Positions 49,506 through 62,583 of a stretch of 64,000 bases of DNA are shown here, piece after piece. The translations under genes were made by a program, and so were the position numbers. This DNA comes from Eledone cirrhosa (lineage: Eukaryota), in the NCBI GenBank assembly GCA_964016885.1, contig OZ024740.1, forward strand, positions 201,872,001 to 201,936,000, read 5' to 3'. The notes under the pieces are model-generated. The model did no database searches. It saw only the letters and a program-made list of their open reading frames with translations, and had not been told where the DNA came from. Each line of letters begins with the position of its first letter. Within the stretch, counting starts at the first letter, position 1.

Positions 49506-51810
49506 ATCATCATCATCATCATTTTACGTCCACTTTTCCCTGCTTGCAAGGGTGGGACGGGTCTTATTCAGCACAGCATCTCTCCACTCGTCACGGTCCC
49601 TCGTCATCTCCACCGTGAGCTTCAATGATCTGAGGTCTGTTCTCACCACCTCCGCCCATGTTTTTCGTGGTCTACCTCTACCACGTCTTCCTTCAACTGG
49701 CATTTCCTGGCACTTCTTCACCCATCGGTCATCCTCCATGCGCATCACATGTCCATACCACCTCAGTCTCCTCTCCCGTACACTACATTCTATCCCTCTC
49801 AGACACAGTTTCTCTCTCAACACATTTATGCTGGGTCGTTCACGCACATTTACACTGCACATCCAACGGAGCATGTTTGCATCATTTCTCTCCAGCCGTC
49901 GCATATCCTCTGCGGTTGCTGCCCATGTCTCACTACCATGCAGATCGCGCTCCTCACACAGGCATCATACAACCAGCCTTTCGTACGCAGGGAGAAACCC
50001 TTCTTCGTCAACAGAGGAAGCAGCTCCCTAAACTTCTTCCAACCCGTCCTTATTCTAGATACTATGGCCTCGGAACACCCTCCTCCCATGCTAATCTGAT
50101 CTCCTAGTTACCGGAAGCTATCCACCACTTCTATAGCGCCCTTTCGCATTTGAAAAATGTGTCTATCAGTGCGACTTCTACTGTCTAATTTCCCTGTACA
50201 TCTACTGCATACATATTTCTCCCTACCTGTTAGTTTGCCTGCTATCCCACTACATCTCTTGTGTACCCAGGACCTACATTGTGTGCATTTTATAGAATTT
50301 ATGCCAGTTCCTTTTCTGCATATCGAACATGGCCATTTCCCTGACGGAATCAGGGTTTTGTCCTCTTTTCTACTCATCAACACTTTTGTCTTAGCTAGAT
50401 TTACTCTCAGTCCTCTTGCTTCCAACTGCTGTTTCCATAGCCGGAATTTATTCTCTAGCTCCTCTACTGATTCTGCTATAAGAGCCAGATCGTCAGCATA
50501 GAGAAGTTCCCATGGACAGCCAGTCTTAAACTCCTCTGTTATGGCTTGGAGGACTATAATGAACAAGAGCGGGCTGAGGACCGAACCCTGATGTACTCCT
50601 ACTTGTATCTGGAATTCCTCACTAAACTCCATTCCTACCCTGACTTTACTGAGAGTACCTCTGTACAAAGTTTGCACTGTCCTCACAAGCCATTCCTCAA
50701 CACCTAGCTTCCTTAGGGACCACCAGATGACAGATCGGGGTACCCTATCAAAGGCCTTCTCTAGGTCAACAAAGGCTAAGTATAGTGGCTTATTCTTCTC
50801 TAAGAACCTCTCTTGCATTTGTCTCACCAAGAAGAGGGCATCTGTTGTACTCTTCCCAGGCACAAAACCAAACTGCATCTCATCTAGTTTGACCCTTTCT
50901 CTAATTAGTTGTGCTAAAATCCTTTCTGCCACTTTCATAACCTGATCTATCAGTTTTATACCCCTATAATTGCTCCTCTCCAAAGCATCCCCTTTACCTT
51001 TGTAGCAATTTATGAGAATACTGCTGCACCAGTCTATAGGTATGACACCACCATATATAGCCTGATTGATGATGCGTGCAACCAGTTTAGTGCCTACGTC
51101 CCCTGATGCCTTCAGCATCTCAGCAACTATTCCCGATGGTCCGGCCGCCTTACCATTTTTCATTTCCCTAATCGCCTCTTGGACCCTATATTCGTCAATC
51201 TCAATAGCTGGTCCCTCTGTCGGATCTACCAAGGGTAATTTCTCTCTCTCCCATTCGTTCTCCACATTCATCAGTCTCTCATAATGACATTTCCAGGCCT
51301 CCTTTTTCTGGTCATTCGTGACACTAAGTACACCGGCATCATCCCGGACACATTTATCTCCAACAACATCCTGATTTGCATTGACACACTGCCTTGCAAT
51401 GTGGAACACCGCACGCCTCTGATCTTCCCGTCGCAGAACATTGGCAAACCTCCTACTCTCTGCCTCCCTGCGTGCTAAGTACACCTGACGTCTAGCTTCT
51501 CTCTTAGTGGCTGTATATTCTTCCCTACTCCCACCCTTTTTCCAAGCCTTCCATGCTAGTCTTTTGTCTCTAATAGCCTTATCTACTGTACTGTTCCACC
51601 ACCAGGTCACTCTCTGTCTGGTTGGAGCTCTGCTCCAGCCACAGGTTTCATCAGTAGCCTGCAGCAAGTTGTCACGTAAGAACTTCCAGTTATCTATGTC
51701 ATACGTCTCTAAATCGTCTTCTTTTTCGTCATATACATCTTGAAGGGCTTTCCTAAATTTGTATTTTAGTGAAAGGTCTTTTAGCTTCCAGACCTTTCTT
51801 CTCCACCTTA
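49506..51810 (-). mobile_element. 5'-truncated RTE LINE (short-3'UTR subfamily), disrupted near the C-terminus
   Basis: ORF 50108-51667 with WWNS, KNGKAAGPSGI, NYRGIKL, DLEKAFD, YADD and Cys finger; continued by 49850-50089 and 49524-49904 after a stop and frameshift; (GAT)n tail at 49506-49522. Confidence 0.95.
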
Positions 51811-52324
51811 CCTAAATACAAAGTAAAAACCTACTACAGTCAGTAGGCACCTCTATCAAAACACACCCCCGTCCCACCACCTCCACCCCACCCACACCGC
51901 CCCTATCAATGTAAAGTTATGTTGGTCCCACAACATCCAGGCCGAAACAAATGAGATCGTGTAGGTGTCACGACAAAAAACACACAGTCCACGCTGTAAA
52001 TGTGGCAGTGTAGGCAACACGGTAAAAACCTCCCAGCCCCACACTGTAAATGTGGTTGGTGTTAGGAAGGGCATCCAGCTGTAGAAAACCCGCCAGACAG
52101 TCCACGCTGTAATGTGGCCGTGTAGGCAACACGGTAAAAACCTCCCAGCCCCACACTGTAAATGTGGTTGGTGTTAGGAAGGGCATCCAACTGTAGAAAA
52201 CCCGCCAGACAGTCCTATGCGAGCAAGACAACCACTCTTGCCTCAAGTGGGAAAACCCCCGTCCAAACCCATGCAAGCGTGGAACACGGACGTTAAACCT
52301 GATGATGATGATGATGATGATGAT
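51811..52324 (+). mobile_element. RTE 3' UTR copy with internal 113-bp tandem duplication and (GAT)n tail
   Basis: Matches 32170-32542; 51984-52096 is repeated at 52097-52208. Confidence 0.9.
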
Positions 52325-52775
52325 ATATATACATATATATATATATACACAAATATATACATATATATATATATATATATACACAAATATATACATATAT
52401 ATATATATATATATACAAATATATACATATATATATATATATATACAAATATATACATATATATATAAATATATACATATAAATATATACATATATATAT
52501 ATATATATATACAAATATATACATATATATATATATATATATACAAATATATACATATATATATATATATATACAAATATATACATATATATATATATAT
52601 ATACAAATATATACATATATATATATATATACAAATATATACATATATATATACAAATATATACATATATATACAAATATATACATATATATACAAATAT
52701 ATACAAATATATACATATATATACATATATATACAAATATATACAAATATATACATATATATACAAATATATACA

Positions 52776-52875
<100 letters not shown>

Positions 52876-52890
52876 AATATATACATATAT

Positions 52891-53263
52891 ATCATCATCA
52901 TCATCATCATCATCACCGTTTTACGTCCGTTCTTCCACGCTAGCATGGGTTAGACGGGTTGTCCTGTTGTGGGCAGTGTCTGGTCGGCTGACCATGCCTT
53001 GCTCATACAGGAACTGATCTGGCTTGATTTCTACAGCTGGATGCCCTTCCTAACACCAACCTCATTTACGGTGAGTGCTGGGTGCTTTTTCGTGGCGCCT
53101 ACACGTCCACTTTACAGTGTGGGCTGGGTGCTTTTTTGCCGTGGCACCTCCACGACCACCTTGCGGTGTGTGGGGGGGGGCATATTGTTTATATGCTTCA
53201 GCATGTACCCATGGGAGGTCGGGTACCCTGTATTACTGCGTGACGCCAGAAGTCACGGTCGTG
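52891..53263 (-). mobile_element. RTE 3' end copy, near-identical to 53623-53991
   Basis: Direct comparison; (GAT)n tail at 52891-52915. Confidence 0.9.
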
Positions 53264-53428
53264 AACAAATATATACATATATATATATATATACAAATAT
53301 ATACATATATACATATATATACAAATATATACATATATATATATATACAAATATATACATATATATATATATACAAATATATACATATATATATATATAC
53401 AAATATATACATATATATATATATACAA

Positions 53429-53467
<39 letters not shown>

Positions 53468-53622
53468 TATACATATATATATATATATACAAATATATAT
53501 ATATACAAATATATACATATATATATATATACAAATATATACATATATATATATATATACAAATATATACATATATATATACATATATATACATATATAT
53601 ATATAAAAATATATACATATAT

Positions 53623-56600
53623 ATCATCATCATCACCGTTTTACGTCCGTTCTTCCACGCTAACATGGGTTAGACGGGTTGTCCTGTTGTGGGCAGTGTC
53701 TGGTCGGCTGACCATGCCTTGCTCATACAGGAACTGATTTGGCTTGATTTCTACAGCTGGATGCCCTTCCTAACACCAACCTCATTTACAGTGAGTGCTG
53801 GGTGCTTTTTCGTGGCGCCTACACGTCCACTTTACATTGTGGGCTGGGTGCTTTTTTGCCGTGGCACCTTCACGACCACCTTGCGGTGTGTGTGTGGGGG
53901 GGGGGGGGCATATTGTCTATATGCTTCAGCTTGTACCCATGGGAGGTCGGGTACTCTGTACTACTGCGTGACGCCAGAGGTCACGGTCGCGTGTCATTGC
54001 CTTTGAGAGGTGTAATTGGGTAAGGTCGGCTTTTGTCACCTCATCCCAGGTCATCTTGGGTTTCCCCACTCCGCGGTCTCCATCGACTTCTAGTGCTCTG
54101 CACCTTTTTATGCAGCTGTCATCCTTCATACGCATCACATGTCCATACCAGCGCAACCGCCTCTCCTGCACACAGCATTTGATTCCTCTTATGCTCAGTC
54201 TCTCTCTCAATTTATTTATGCGTTGTCGTTCACGTATATTACTGTTACACATCCATCGGAGTATGCAGGCTTCGTTTCTCTCTAATCTACGTAAGTCTTC
54301 CACCTTCAGCGCCCAGGTCTCACTACCATGCAACATCGCTGTTCGGATACACGCATCATACAGTCTGCCTTTCATTCTGAGGGAGAAGCCTTTTGCAGCT
54401 AGCATGGTAGTAGTTCCCTAAACTTCTTCCATCCCGTTCTTACCCTAGTTATTGTACTTTCTGAACACCCACTTCCGCTGCTAATTCGGTCACCTAGGTA
54501 GCAGAAGCTGTCTACTGTTTCTACAGAGCCCTCCAAGAGAGAGATTGGTGGTACTTGTTTCCTGTGGCTGTTTGCTGCTTGCTGTCCCAGCACAGCTGCT
54601 GCATGTGAAGCCTACATTCTTATTTAAGCTTCCTAAAATCCCGCTACATCTCTTGCGTACCCATTGTTTGCATTTGGGGCAGAGAATGGAGTTCCTACCT
54701 ACACCTTTCCTACATACTGAGCAAGGCCATTTCCCTGAGGGATCTGGGTTCTGTTTTCTCGTCTACTTACAAGGACCTTAGTCTTTGTCATGTTGACTTT
54801 GAGACCCTTTCTTTCTAGTACCTGCTTCCAAGTTTGGAATTTATTCTGTAGTTCTACCATAGATTCAGCTATAAGTGCGAGGTCATCAGCATACAGGAGT
54901 TCCCATGGGCATCCGGTCTTAAACTCCTCCGTTATTGCCTGCAGGACTATGATGAACAGGAGGGGGCTAAGAACAGAGCCCTGGTGGACCCCAACCTGTA
55001 CGCTAAATTCCTCGCTATACTCATTGCTAATCCTAACTTTGCTGACTGCTCCCCTATACATGGCTTGTATCGCTTTCACAAGCCATTCATCTACTCCTAG
55101 TTTTCTAAGAGCCCACCAGATTACAGCACGTGGAACTCTGTCAAAGGCTTTCTCAAGGTCAACAAATGCCAAGTAGAGTGGCTTACTTTTAGCTAGATAC
55201 TTTTCCTGTTACAAACCCAAATTGCATCTCGTCTATTTTCACCCGGTCCCTAATCAACTGTGTGCTATAACTCTTTCTGTTACTTTCATGACCTGGTCCA
55301 TCAACTTTATACCTCTATAGTTTCCTCTATCTAGTGCATCACCTTTACCTTTGTAGCAATTGACAATGATGCTACTGCACCAATCTTTTGGTATGACACC
55401 ACCTAGTATTACCTGGTTAACAATACGTGTGGTTATAGTGTGACCTACAGACCCAATGGACCGGTTGCCTTCCCCATCTTCATATCTTTGATTGCCTTAC
55501 TTACTACGTTGCTGCTGACTTGTACTGCTGGCCCCTCTATAGGGTCTACTTGGAGTAGGGTCTCTTCTTCCCATGCATTCTCCTCATTTAGTAATCTATC
55601 ATAATGACTCTTCCATGCATCTTTCTTCTCAGCACTTGTGAGGGCAAGCTCACCTTTATCATTCCGGATACACTTCTCTCCAATGACATCACAACTCTCT
55701 CTGACACACTACCTCGCAATCTTGAACACCTCCTGTTTCTGGTCCTCACGTTGCAAAACATGCTTGAATTTTCTATCCTCTGCTTCCCTCCGAGCTAAGT
55801 ATACTTGTCGCCTAGCTTCCCTCTTGGTCTCTATGTAATGTACCCTGCTCCCCCCATTCTTCCATTCTTTCCATGCCTGTCTCTTGGCCTTAACTGCCTC
55901 ATCTACCTTATTGTTCCACCACCAAGTCACTCTCTTCCTGCTTGAGGTCTTACTCCAGCCACAGACCTCATCCGTCGCCTCTAGTAAATTATTTTTTAGG
56001 AACTCCCAGTTCTCTTCTACATTGAATGTCTCTATCTGTTCTTCTTTACTGTTGTAGGCGTAAGAGTAAAATATCTTTAAATCTGTTACTGGTTGAGGGG
56101 TCTTTCAGCTTCCAGATCTTTCTTCTCCAGGTTCGTCTAGTTCTGACCGTGAGGTCGCTGACAACTAAGTTATGTTGGGATGTACATTCCTCACTAGGGA
56201 AGGCTTTTGTGTTTACGACCGTCCATCTGTCACGTCCTCTGATGAGGATAGAATCTATCTGACTGGAGTGCTCCCCTGATCTATAGGTGATCAGGTGGTT
56301 GTTGGGTTTTTTAAAGTTTGTGTTACATATCGACATGTCATTGGCGTCGCAGAATTCTAGAAGTCTGAATCCTTCCTCATTTCTTGTGCCAACCCCATGG
56401 CCTCCATGTACTCTATTGAAGCCGTCGCAGTGTTGACCTACGTGTCCGTTAAAATCTCCTGCGATGATTAAGAAGTCATTGTCGTCTGTTAGAGCAGTAG
56501 TGTGCATTAGGGACTCGTAAAACCTATCCTTAAGTTCGTCTGGCAGCCCCGATTGGGGTGCGTAAGCTGATATTATTGTGGTAATTGTTTTATTCAGGAC

Positions 56601-56924
56601 TAGTCTGAGTTTAATTATTCTTGCATTTACCCTGTACACTGAGATTACTTTATCTACCCACTTGTCAGCTAGTAGTATACCTACACCACCCATCCCATCG
56701 TCACTTTCCACCCAGAAAAATTTGTAGCACCGACTTTTTCCTACAAGGACTCTAGCAGACTCTCCTCTCCATCTAGTCTCTTGCACACAGCATACATCAA
56801 TTTCCTTTCACTCTAGCATTTCTACGATTTCTCCTGCTCTTCCTTTCATTGAGCCTACATTGATGGTACCAACTCGGAGTTTTTGGGAATTTGTCAACAC
56901 TCGTAGGGAAGGGTCTCTGGATTG
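53623..56924 (-). mobile_element. Near full-length RTE LINE (APE endonuclease + RT), inactivated by frameshifts
   Basis: [41 protein letters not shown] (EN; 56046-56786); [29 protein letters not shown] across ORF fragments 55709-55930, 54699-55172, 54399-54593 and 53926-54405. Confidence 0.95.
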
Positions 56925-57573
56925 TATATATATATATACAATATACATATATATATATATATACAAATATATACATATACAAATATATACATATATATAC
57001 ATATACAAATATATACATATATATACATATACATATATATACATATACAAATATATACATATATATACATATACAAATATATACATATATATACATATAC
57101 ATATATATACATATATATACATATACATATATATACATATACATATATATACATATATATACATATACATATATATACATATACATATATATACATATAT
57201 ATACATATACATATATATACATATACATATATATACATATATATACATATACATATATATACATATACAAATATATACATATATATATATACAAATATAT
57301 ATATACAAATATATATATATATATACAAATATATACATATATATATATATATACAAATATATATATATACAAATATATACATATATATACAAATATATAC
57401 ATATATATATACAAATATATACATATATATATATATACAAATATATACAAATATATACATATATATATATACAAATATATACATATATATATATATACAA
57501 ATATATACATATATATATATATACAAATATATACATATATATATACATACAAATATATATAAAATATATACAT

Positions 57574-57608
<35 letters not shown>

Positions 57609-58547
57609 AATATATACATATATATATACAAATATATACATATATATATACAAATATATACATATATATATACAAATATATACATATATATATATATATA
57701 TATACAAATATATACATATATATATACATACAAATATATATAAAATATATACATACAAATATATATATACAAATATATATATATATACAAATATATATAT
57801 ATACAAATATACAAATATATATATATATATATATATACAAATATATATATATATATACAAATATATATATATACAAATATATATATATATATATATACAA
57901 ATATATATATATATACAAATATATATATATATATATATACAAATATATATATATATATATATACAAATATATATATATATATATATACAAATATATATAT
58001 ATATATATACAAATATATATATATATATATACAAATATATATATATATATATACAAATATATATATATATATATACAAATATATATATATATATACAAAT
58101 ATATATATATATATACAAATATATATATATATATACAAATATATATATATATATATACAAATATATATATATATATACAAATATATATATATACAAATAT
58201 ATATATATATATATATACAAATATATATATATATATATATATATACAAATATATACATATATATATACAAATATATACATATATATATACAAATATATAC
58301 ATATATATATATATACAAATATATACATATATATATACAAATATATACATATATATATACAAATATATACATATATATATACAAATATATACATATATAT
58401 ATATACAAATATATATATACAAATATATACATACAAATATATATACAAATATATACATACAAATATATACACAAATATATACATACAAATATATACATAT
58501 ATACATATCCAAATATATACATATGTATACAAATATATATATATATA
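56925..58547. repeat. (TA)n-CAAA/CA microsatellite
   Basis: Direct reading of sequence. Confidence 0.98.
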
Positions 58548-58719
58548 ACGAAGGAAATGTGGTAAGGAACCAGGTGGACCATAACGCACCAAAGTACTCA
58601 ATACTTAGGGTAGTAGAGTGGGTAATAGGAACGAGTAGGACCCCGACGGCTGAGCTCAAGACTAGTCCAGAATTAGCCGTCGAAACGGCTTAAGCTCAGC
58701 CGTCGGGGTCCTACTCGTT

Positions 58720-58724
<5 letters not shown>
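58548..58724 (-). mobile_element. Short fold-back element in (TA)n (family B, copy 2)
   Basis: 36-bp arms 58625-58660 and 58689-58724 (1 mismatch), 28-nt loop; same left terminus ACGAAGGA and same right terminus TTCCTAT as 34849-35041. Confidence 0.75.
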
Positions 58725-58759
<35 letters not shown>

Positions 58760-58949
58760 CAAATATATACATATATATATATATACAAATATATACATTT
58801 ATAATATATATACATACACAAATATATGCATAGCTTTATATGTTTATATATATATCTTTAAATATATTTAAACACACACACACATAGCTTTATATATGTT
58901 TACATACATATCTTTTAATGTATTTAAACACACAGACACGTGTGTGTGT

Positions 58950-58980
<31 letters not shown>

Positions 58981-59194
58981 AAAGGTAAACAGAAATAACA
59001 ACACAATCGGTACAGTATATGGAAGGAATATATTAGGTTAACGCTTGAAATAGCAGGAAGAGAGTCTTAACGTTTCGGACGCTACTCCTTCATCAGAAGA
59101 AAGAATGAGAAATAAGATAGATTGAGGGGACGGGCGGGTTGGAATTGGAAAAAATGTCTTTGGATAAAAATAACAGGTACATTCATGTGGGCAT
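58981..59194 (-). mobile_element. Solo PLE pseudo-LTR fragment
   Basis: Reverse complement closely matches 16050-16262. Confidence 0.85.
59065..59100 (-). ncRNA. Minimal type-I hammerhead ribozyme motif
   Basis: Minus strand TCTT-CTGATGA-a-GGA gtagcg TCC-GAAA-CG-TT-AAGA. Confidence 0.8.
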
Positions 59195-59354
59195 CGTTAG
59201 TGTTTGACGTCTGCTTTTTCGATTCTGGCATGGGTTGGACGCGACAGCACCTATTGAGGAAATGTTCTATAACTGGGATACACATCGTACAACTACATAC
59301 ATCAACCTTTAACGCCCATTTGGTCTGTTTACACGCACACTAATATATATATAA

Positions 59355-60252
59355 CTTTCTTTTTATTTGCCACCAGGGCATCAAAAGTGGGACAAGTACA
59401 AAGGGAGGAGTTTACATGCAAAGGCGTCCTCAATATGGAGGAGGCAATAACAAGATATAAAAGTATAAAAATAAAATAAAATATAACAAAATAAATTTTG
59501 TAACAAAATCCTCAATAGGGAGGAGGCGCCTTGGGGGGGTCGCACACACCCCCGAAAAAAAGTATGCAACCCTTCTCCTCAGGAGCACAGAGAGGGGGTG
59601 CTCCCTTGGTCTTTCATCTTTCTCACCTATAGTCTGATGTAGAGTGAAGGCCCATTCTCGCCACTTTCACCCATCTTTCATAAAAACGGCTGGGGTGCAG
59701 CACCTCTCTCTCCATCCTGATCCTTCTTCCGAAATGATATCGGAAGAAACGGACCAGTTGTTGGCCAGAGAGAAAGGTGTCTGACCTCAGTCCTTTCAGA
59801 CGCGTCCACCATACAACCTCTTTCGCCATGGCTTTTACGCACAGAAACACCGCCTCTCCTTCGTTTTTGAAGAGGAGAGGCGGCTTGATCGTTACAATAG
59901 ACTCGGTGGTCAACCGGATCGGTCCCACTCTTGACAGCAGTTGTTCGACATAGCCCCACAGATCGGCAATGCCCGAGCAGTGTACCAAAGCGTGTGCAAC
60001 GGTTTCCTTGTCGCACACGCATCTGGGACAGATCTTTTTCGAGGGGTCCCTACCCGGGCGCCCGTGTCTGTAGAGCCTTTCTCGAACGGGCAGAGCCCCT
60101 CGGTAGCACTGCCAGGCCAGGGACCTCTGGAAGTTATCCATGGGTCCCGGGCTGAATGTCCTACCGAACAGGTTGTCCAGTTCGTCTTCCTCCATGCCTA
60201 GGGCTTCTCCGAGGGCGTCATCGCACCTGCTAACCACCAGCCCTCTATAGAA
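59355..60252 (-). mobile_element. Tx1/L1-like LINE 3' fragment
   Basis: Highly similar to 47252-48157; open frame [15 protein letters not shown]...CPRCVCDKETVAHALVHCS. Confidence 0.85.
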
Positions 60253-60689
60253 TGACGAGGATGATATATATACACACACACACACATATATATCATCATC
60301 ATCATGAACATCATTCAACGACCGGTTTCCTTGTTACCAAAAGTTGGAAATATGTATACACAAAAACACACACAATATATATATATGCACATATATATGG
60401 ATATATATATGTACAAACGTTCATCCATATATATATGGATATATATATAAACACACCGAAATATATGCATATATATACCTATGTACAAATGTGTTTAAAC
60501 ATATGTATACAAACATGCAGATATATATATATATACACGCACATACACACAGACTAGGCAGGAACTCATTACTAAGAACTTCATAGCTAAGTATAAACCA
60601 CTTAAAATACACCCATCACCCGTTTCTTCACTGAATATTTTGGCCATCCGAATAAGATGGCAATTAAACATAATACACCTGATATATAT

Positions 60690-60748
<59 letters not shown>

Positions 60749-61070
60749 TTTTATAGTTCTGGTATGTCAAATTAATACCATGGAACAACCACTGTATCAT
60801 AGACACCCTATATAATTCCAGGGGTACTTAGTACCTGTGGGGATATTAATCTCCTTTTATATTTCTCCGTTATGTAGAGAACAAATCCGTTGTTTTATTT
60901 AGCTGCTATTTTTAGTGGCGTGATAGACAACACGTCTATGTTTACTTCTTACTTCTGCTAAGGGCTGGTTCATGCATAGGTCAAGTTTACGGCCTCATTC
61001 GATCCTGTGCTAGCTGTCAGGTGGCAATATATTTTGCCGTTCCTGGGACTTTTGTCCTAGGTAAGGAAAA

Positions 61071-61152
61071 TGCTCTCTGATGATCCGAACATTTCCATTG
61101 GAGGTCCCTAGGATCTCCAATCTTTTGTAAGGTGAAACCGTCGGTAAAAGCA
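61071..61152 (+). ncRNA. Candidate type-I hammerhead ribozyme with extended helix II
   Basis: TGCTCT-CTGATGA-tCC...ATTGGAG gtcc cta ggat CTCCAAT...GGt-GAAA-CCG t CGG-TA-AAAGCA; helix I 5/6 bp; lies in a unique island bounded by (TA)n. Confidence 0.6.
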
Positions 61153-61165
61153 AATGGAATAGGTA

Positions 61166-61206
<41 letters not shown>

Positions 61207-61710
61207 CCTCGAGAGGATTTCTTTATAAAGATAGAGAGAAGATGGGACATTCAAAAAGTTTGTTTTTTTAATTCAAGACGTGTAGTACGATATAAGTTTA
61301 TAATCTAATTCATCATCACTTTCTTCAAGACTGTCTCTAGAGAAATGAAGATTTTTTTTACCAACAACGGTCCTAAAATGGATGGTTGCCTTTTGATTTA
61401 TAATATACATTCCCCTGGTTCGCTTTGTAAATAGATATAAGCACATACGAAATGGGGTGAACGAATGTTGGACTGAAGAAGTGATAGAGAGATAAATAGA
61501 TAGAAAGAGAATTTAGGGTGTAGACATTGAGAGAATCAAAACATTCGTGTGTGTGTCTGTATGTATGTGTGAATATGTCTAAGTGTATGTGTAAACATTC
61601 TGATGTCTTCAATGAATTAAGAAAAAAAAAGAAAGATCAACCCAGATTCAATCCCACCAAAATTACACACACATACATAACGTGAGTGTATCTCTCTATC
61701 TATCTATATA

Positions 61711-61752
61711 TATTTGTCCCCTTCTTTTGTGCCCCTGTGGCTAATAAAGAAA
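61711..61752 (+). mobile_element. Extreme 3' tip of the Tx1/L1-like LINE
   Basis: Reverse complement of 38769-38810; followed by (TA)n. Confidence 0.8.
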
Positions 61753-61756
61753 TATA

Positions 61757-61792
<36 letters not shown>

Positions 61793-62456
61793 TATATATG
61801 TTTGCGTGTGTCTAAGTAAGCATATATATATATATGTGTGAGTGAGAGTGTGTCGCCGTGTGTGTGTGTGTCAAAATATATTTGTGTACATGTGTATCTA
61901 AATGTGTGTGCACCTTAATATGCATATATGTTTGCATGTGTCTAAGTAAGCATATATATATGTGTGCAAGAGAGTGTATCGCTGCATATGTAAATGTATA
62001 TATGTATGTGAGTAAGAGTTTGTAAGAAAGTTGTGAAAAGTGAGGGAGGAAAAATGAAGTAGAATCGACAGCTTCCGTTGGAAACATTTGGCAACAAGAT
62101 AAGGAGGAGAATTAACAAGAAACAACATAAAACTATGAGTGGATGATGAATAAGAAACGGTAGACTGAAATAATAATTGTGGTATATATATATATATAAA
62201 TATGTGTGTGTGTATGAATAAAGAAGGCTGCTTATGTGAAGAGATGTTTGTATGTCAGAAGTATGCGGCAGAGATAGAAGAAGAGGAAATTAGTGAGAGA
62301 TGTAGAAAGATAGAGATGTGTGTATTATATATAATAAAATATATGAAGAGAGTGACAAATATAGATATATATATTAGAGAGGAAGAGAGACAGACTGTAT
62401 GAAAACATGCATATGAAGGGATATAGAGAGGAATGTAGAAATGTACATAAACACAC

Positions 62457-62494
<38 letters not shown>

Positions 62495-62501
62495 GTGTGT
62501 T

Positions 62502-62533
<32 letters not shown>

Positions 62534-62540
62534 TATGTAT

Positions 62541-62583
<43 letters not shown>

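Noticed and set aside
60590-60682. Small stem CCATC..GATGG near a minus-strand GAAAC
   Set aside because: No catalytic core and no second copy in the window
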